Assembly (NCBI GenBank): GCA_964482725.1
Contig: CAYZYT010000007.1
Location: 87,945-151,944 of the forward strand
DNA from: an uncultured bacterium
GTDB taxonomy: Bacteria; Omnitrophota; Omnitrophia; Omnitrophales; Aquincolibacteriaceae
DNA: 64,000 nt
Direction: 5' to 3'
Shown: one piece after another, positions 60,699-64,000 of the stretch
How positions within the stretch are numbered: position 1 is the stretch's first letter
Layout of the letters: the number at the start of each line of letters is the position of its first letter
The notes under the pieces: generated by a model
Told to the model about the DNA's origin: nothing
Database searches by the model: none
Seen by the model: the letters and a program-made list of their open reading frames with translations, nothing else
Made by a program: the position numbers and the translations under genes

Positions 60699-63600
60699 AT
60701 GAATACAAGAAATAGTCATTTTTTTCAGCGTCGGCATTCCATTCCCAAAAAGGTCTTAGCTGCTTTTGTAATCCTCTCATTTTTCTTTTCCCAAGCGATC
60801 CCTGCCGGTTTTGCGGACATCACGCTTCGCTCTGAAGCCCGCGTGACGCCCTATCAGCCAGAGACCGATGCGACCGGAGATACGTCCAATTCTCCGCAGT
60901 CCAACGCGACGCCGACCCCGGTTGATCCAACAGCGACTTTTTTGCAGAACCAGCTTCACTTGGTCCCATCGGTTTCGCCCCAGACCGATCAACAAATCTC
61001 TGCTCAGAATGTCCGGGAGGCTTCGGAGTATTCCTTTGACCAGGCGGCTGATTATTTGACGCCCGATTATGCCGCTGCGGTGATCGTGAAAGATGTTACG
61101 GCCGAAGATCTTCGCAGTTTGGTTCGCAGTGCTGTGGAGGTAGGGATCGCGGTCATTCGCGGGAAGATCGTGATGTTCACGACCGGCAGTCAAAGTGAAT
61201 TGCGTGCGAATCCTGTCGCGCAGTCTCTGTTGAATGAATCTCCCCTTATTATTCATACCCACCCTGTGGGAACTCGGGCCGAGCCCAGTCCTCTGGATTT
61301 CGAACAAGCTGGAAGCCGTACCGAGTATGTGATCACTGAAGAGGGTGTGTATGCCTATAACCATGAGGGTCTGGTCAGTCCCGTCCCCATGAGCGAGGAA
61401 GACCTTGCGGGGTTGGTGGAAACGGCTCACACGCCGGAAGCCTCGACTGTCGAAGCTCGCACGATCCTGAACAAATTTATTGCGGAGATCGATCACTACA
61501 ACTCCGATCCGACCCCGTACGCGGTTTATCGTTCTGCTCAGCCGATCTCGATCCTCCCGGGACGACCGGCGCTTGGCGCATGGAGCAGCCTCACGGCGCC
61601 TGATCCGATTGTGACCCAGCTTTCTACCGGTGAGTTTGCAGCCGCTTATGACGTTTCCGCCGCCGGAAGTTATGCCGGGGTCACCGTTAATTTTGCGGTG
61701 AACGGCCAGGCATCCCAGGATCTTAGCGGGCTTGGATCTTTCAGCTTTGATGCCAGGAGCACGGTTCCTTGTTTAACGAGCAGTCCGAATCGGTGCATGA
61801 AACTGGAATTCAAAGATGTGAATAATACGAAGGGTGCTTTTGCTATTAATAGTTTCGGAACTACGGATGGGCACATTGAGATCAGTATCAGCACGATCCA
61901 CAGCAAATTTCCCGCCTTGGATCTTACCCGCATTCAAGAGATCAATTTTATTTTTGAGAATGCGCAGAGTCCTGTCAAAGTAGCAACGGTCACTATCAAA
62001 CTGAACGGGCTTTATTTTGAGCCTCCGGTAAATACCCCGAGCACGAACGCGCTAACGGATTTTTCAAATCTTCAGCCTCTCGCCTCTGAAATGGAGCCGT
62101 GCACGGTGAGCGGGGAGAATCCCTGTGCTGCGAGCCATGTTGTGAACACGGTCAACGGATTCACCCAGAGCGGAGCGGGCAGCTATTCTTACAATTACAC
62201 CTTAGAGAACGGGACCGGGAACAATCGGTGGGCGGGTAGTTCGATCACTTTCACGCCGCCGGACGCAGGGAATCCGCTCAGCGGATATTTTAATGCGGCC
62301 TTAAACAATATCGTGCTGGATGTCAGGGTCACAGGCGCGACCTATTACAAAGTGGATGTGGTGGATGCGAACGAAAAGAAAGTGACCGTTCGGGCAAATT
62401 TTGTAAGCGGAAGGCTTGAGATCACGAATGATATTCTGCAATTGGCCGGGGTGAGCGGGTTTGACGCTACTCGGATCGCGAGCCTCGTGATCGTGGTGGA
62501 TGATAAGGCCGCGGGTAGCGGAACGCTCACACTCACGACATCGGGATTGAATTATATCCCCGTGGCGCAAGTAACGACGGCTGCCGTGACGGTGCTTCCG
62601 GGCACCCCCGTCGCCGGTGCGAATTTAGGGACGACTTTTAGCGGTCAGGTTCCGAGCGGGACGAATGTCTTGACGCAGGTTGATGCGGATCATTTTTCGT
62701 TCACTTATGCGCTGCCTGTAGAACCTGAGACGGTGCTTGATGCGGATTCTATTAACGATGATTTTGCGATCGGTCAGATCTCTTGGGGCTATTTTAATGC
62801 CGCGACACCTCCTGTATTTCAGGGAACTCCCGGCAACGTGGGGAGTCCTTTGGTGCTGGCTTTAAAAGCGGACCACGCGATGCGTGTGAAGGTGGAGGTT
62901 TTGGACAATACGGGGGCGAAGGTTCTTTTTTGGGCGGATCTTACCACGAGTTATCAAAATTTCATTTTTGACATCAGCGCGCTGGATGAGACGAAGATCG
63001 CGATGGTGAATTTGGTGGCTGATGTCGCCAAGGGCGGGTCTGCGGGGACGGTTTTTGTTCAGACAAAGAATCTGGAATATATCCCCGTGGTGAAAGGGGA
63101 GACGTATGCCTCCGGATCGTTGACGACGCTTACTTCGGCGCCTGTCGCCGTCGCGAATGTAGGGACGACTTTTAATGGTCAGGTTTCGAACGGGACGAAT
63201 AACTTGACGCAGCCTGACGTCAATAATTTTTCGTTCACGTACAGCCTGCCCACGGAGCCTGAGACCGTGTTGGACGCGGACAGTGAGAACGATGATTTTG
63301 CATACAGCCAGATCTCGTGGGGGTATTTTCTGCCTCCGGGAATGCCGCGTATCAGCGGGATGAATCGCATCCCTAATGTCGGAGTTAGACTGACGATCAC
63401 GGATCCCATTGGCGTGGATTCTTACAATCTTCAATATACTGATGATGCGGGGAAGACGTGGAAGACGGCGCAAAGCAATCTTCCTGTCAGTGGGTCGGGG
63501 ACAACGACTTGGCTTGATGACGGAAGTCTGACGAGCCCGAATCCGTTGGCAGTGAGTGGCCGTTGGTATCGCGCTGTGGTGGATCGATCGCATCAAACTT

Positions 63601-64000
63601 TTATGGGGTTGACTCCTGGGAACGTGGGGAGTCCGTTGGTGCTGGCTTTAAAAGCTGATCATTCGATGCGCGTGAAAGTGGAGGTTGTGGATACGACCGG
63701 GGCCATCGTCAAGTACTGGGTGGATCTTACGACCGTTTCCCAGAACTTCCGTTTTGATATCAGCGCCTTGGATGAGACGAAAATCGCAGCGGTGAATTTT
63801 GTGGTCGATGTTGCCAAGGGAGGGAACGCGGGCACGGTGTCTGTTGAGACAAAAAGCCTTGCGTATGTTCCTTCGGTGAACGGCGTTCCTGCTGTGACTC
63901 CTTCGGATCTTGGCGGCACGATGCCCGGTACCTTAAAAACGGGCACTGATTCTCTTTTCACGTTGGGCCGGGTGTCTGGTTTTGAGACAAGTAAATTTAC
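60699..64000 (+). CDS. Large secreted multidomain protein (>1100 aa, runs off the window): JAB/MPN-like domain plus tandem CBM-like beta-sandwich repeats
   Basis: Hand translation from ATG 60699 found no stop to 64000; MNTRNSHFFQRRHSIPKKVLAAFVILSFFFSQAIPAGFA signal; E..HTHP..PSPLD; four repeated ~170-aa units; absent from the ORF track, presumably because it has no stop in the window. Confidence 0.88.
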   Translation, partial: MNTRNSHFFQRRHSIPKKVLAAFVILSFFFSQAIPAGFADITLRSEARVTPYQPETDATGDTSNSPQSNATPTPVDPTATFLQNQLHLVPSVSPQTDQQISAQNVREASEYSFDQAADYLTPDYAAAVIVKDVTAEDLRSLVRSAVEVGIAVIRGKIVMFTTGSQSELRANPVAQSLLNESPLIIHTHPVGTRAEPSPLDFEQAGSRTEYVITEEGVYAYNHEGLVSPVPMSEEDLAGLVETAHTPEASTVEARTILNKFIAEIDHYNSDPTPYAVYRSAQPISILPGRPALGAWSSLTAPDPIVTQLSTGEFAAAYDVSAAGSYAGVTVNFAVNGQASQDLSGLGSFSFDARSTVPCLTSSPNRCMKLEFKDVNNTKGAFAINSFGTTDGHIEISISTIHSKFPALDLTRIQEINFIFENAQSPVKVATVTIKLNGLYFEPPVNTPSTNALTDFSNLQPLASEMEPCTVSGENPCAASHVVNTVNGFTQSGAGSYSYNYTLENGTGNNRWAGSSITFTPPDAGNPLSGYFNAALNNIVLDVRVTGATYYKVDVVDANEKKVTVRANFVSGRLEITNDILQLAGVSGFDATRIASLVIVVDDKAAGSGTLTLTTSGLNYIPVAQVTTAAVTVLPGTPVAGANLGTTFSGQVPSGTNVLTQVDADHFSFTYALPVEPETVLDADSINDDFAIGQISWGYFNAATPPVFQGTPGNVGSPLVLALKADHAMRVKVEVLDNTGAKVLFWADLTTSYQNFIFDISALDETKIAMVNLVADVAKGGSAGTVFVQTKNLEYIPVVKGETYASGSLTTLTSAPVAVANVGTTFNGQVSNGTNNLTQPDVNNFSFTYSLPTEPETVLDADSENDDFAYSQISWGYFLPPGMPRISGMNRIPNVGVRLTITDPIGVDSYNLQYTDDAGKTWKTAQSNLPVSGSGTTTWLDDGSLTSPNPLAVSGRWYRAVVDRSHQTFMGLTPGNVGSPLVLALKADHSMRVKVEVVDTTGAIVKYWVDLTTVSQNFRFDISALDETKIAAVNFVVDVAKGGNAGTVSVETKSLAYVPSVNGVPAVTPSDLGGTMPGTLKTGTDSLFTLGRVSGFETSKF

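Noticed and set aside
60777-63961. Several minus-strand ORFs listed in the track
   Set aside because: All lie antisense to the single open + strand frame starting at 60699.

Overview
Mostly syntenic housekeeping DNA from a roughly 50-55% GC diderm bacterium. Gene content and style suggest a PVC-superphylum organism, probably Candidatus Omnitrophota (inference, not verified). In order: yggS-proC-yggT-PNP-ileS; an inserted GAF kinase / response regulator / HD-GYP module; dksA-lspA-lgt-rluD; a futalosine menaquinone cluster; ridA, CPBP protease, mrp, folE, lpxD, surA-like; guaB3-guaA-dnaE, HU, csp, rsmE-mtaB-cvpA-dnaG-rpoD; tRNA-Ile2 and RNase P RNA; a PyrR-attenuated pyr operon lacking carA and pyrE; yicC-gmk-rpoZ-coaC-coaB, pfkA, tRNA-Cys and tRNA-Leu. 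Two accessory loci stand out. (1) 25.2-30.3 kb: four type IV pilins, a small secreted Thr-repeat fibre-like protein, two Cys-rich secreted proteins with unrelated N-termini but a shared C-terminal domain, and a CxxS DsbA-like protein. This is a candidate modular pilus/fibre/swappable-adhesin system. (2) From 60699 off the window end: a >1100 aa secreted protein missed by the ORF track, with a JAB/MPN-like metalloenzyme motif followed by tandem beta-sandwich repeats. Several families of small palindromic or heptamer-periodic elements are also present. Four related ones sit in-frame within menaquinone genes, and a separate 128-bp MITE-like element split a start codon. No CRISPR array, transposase or integrase was seen.
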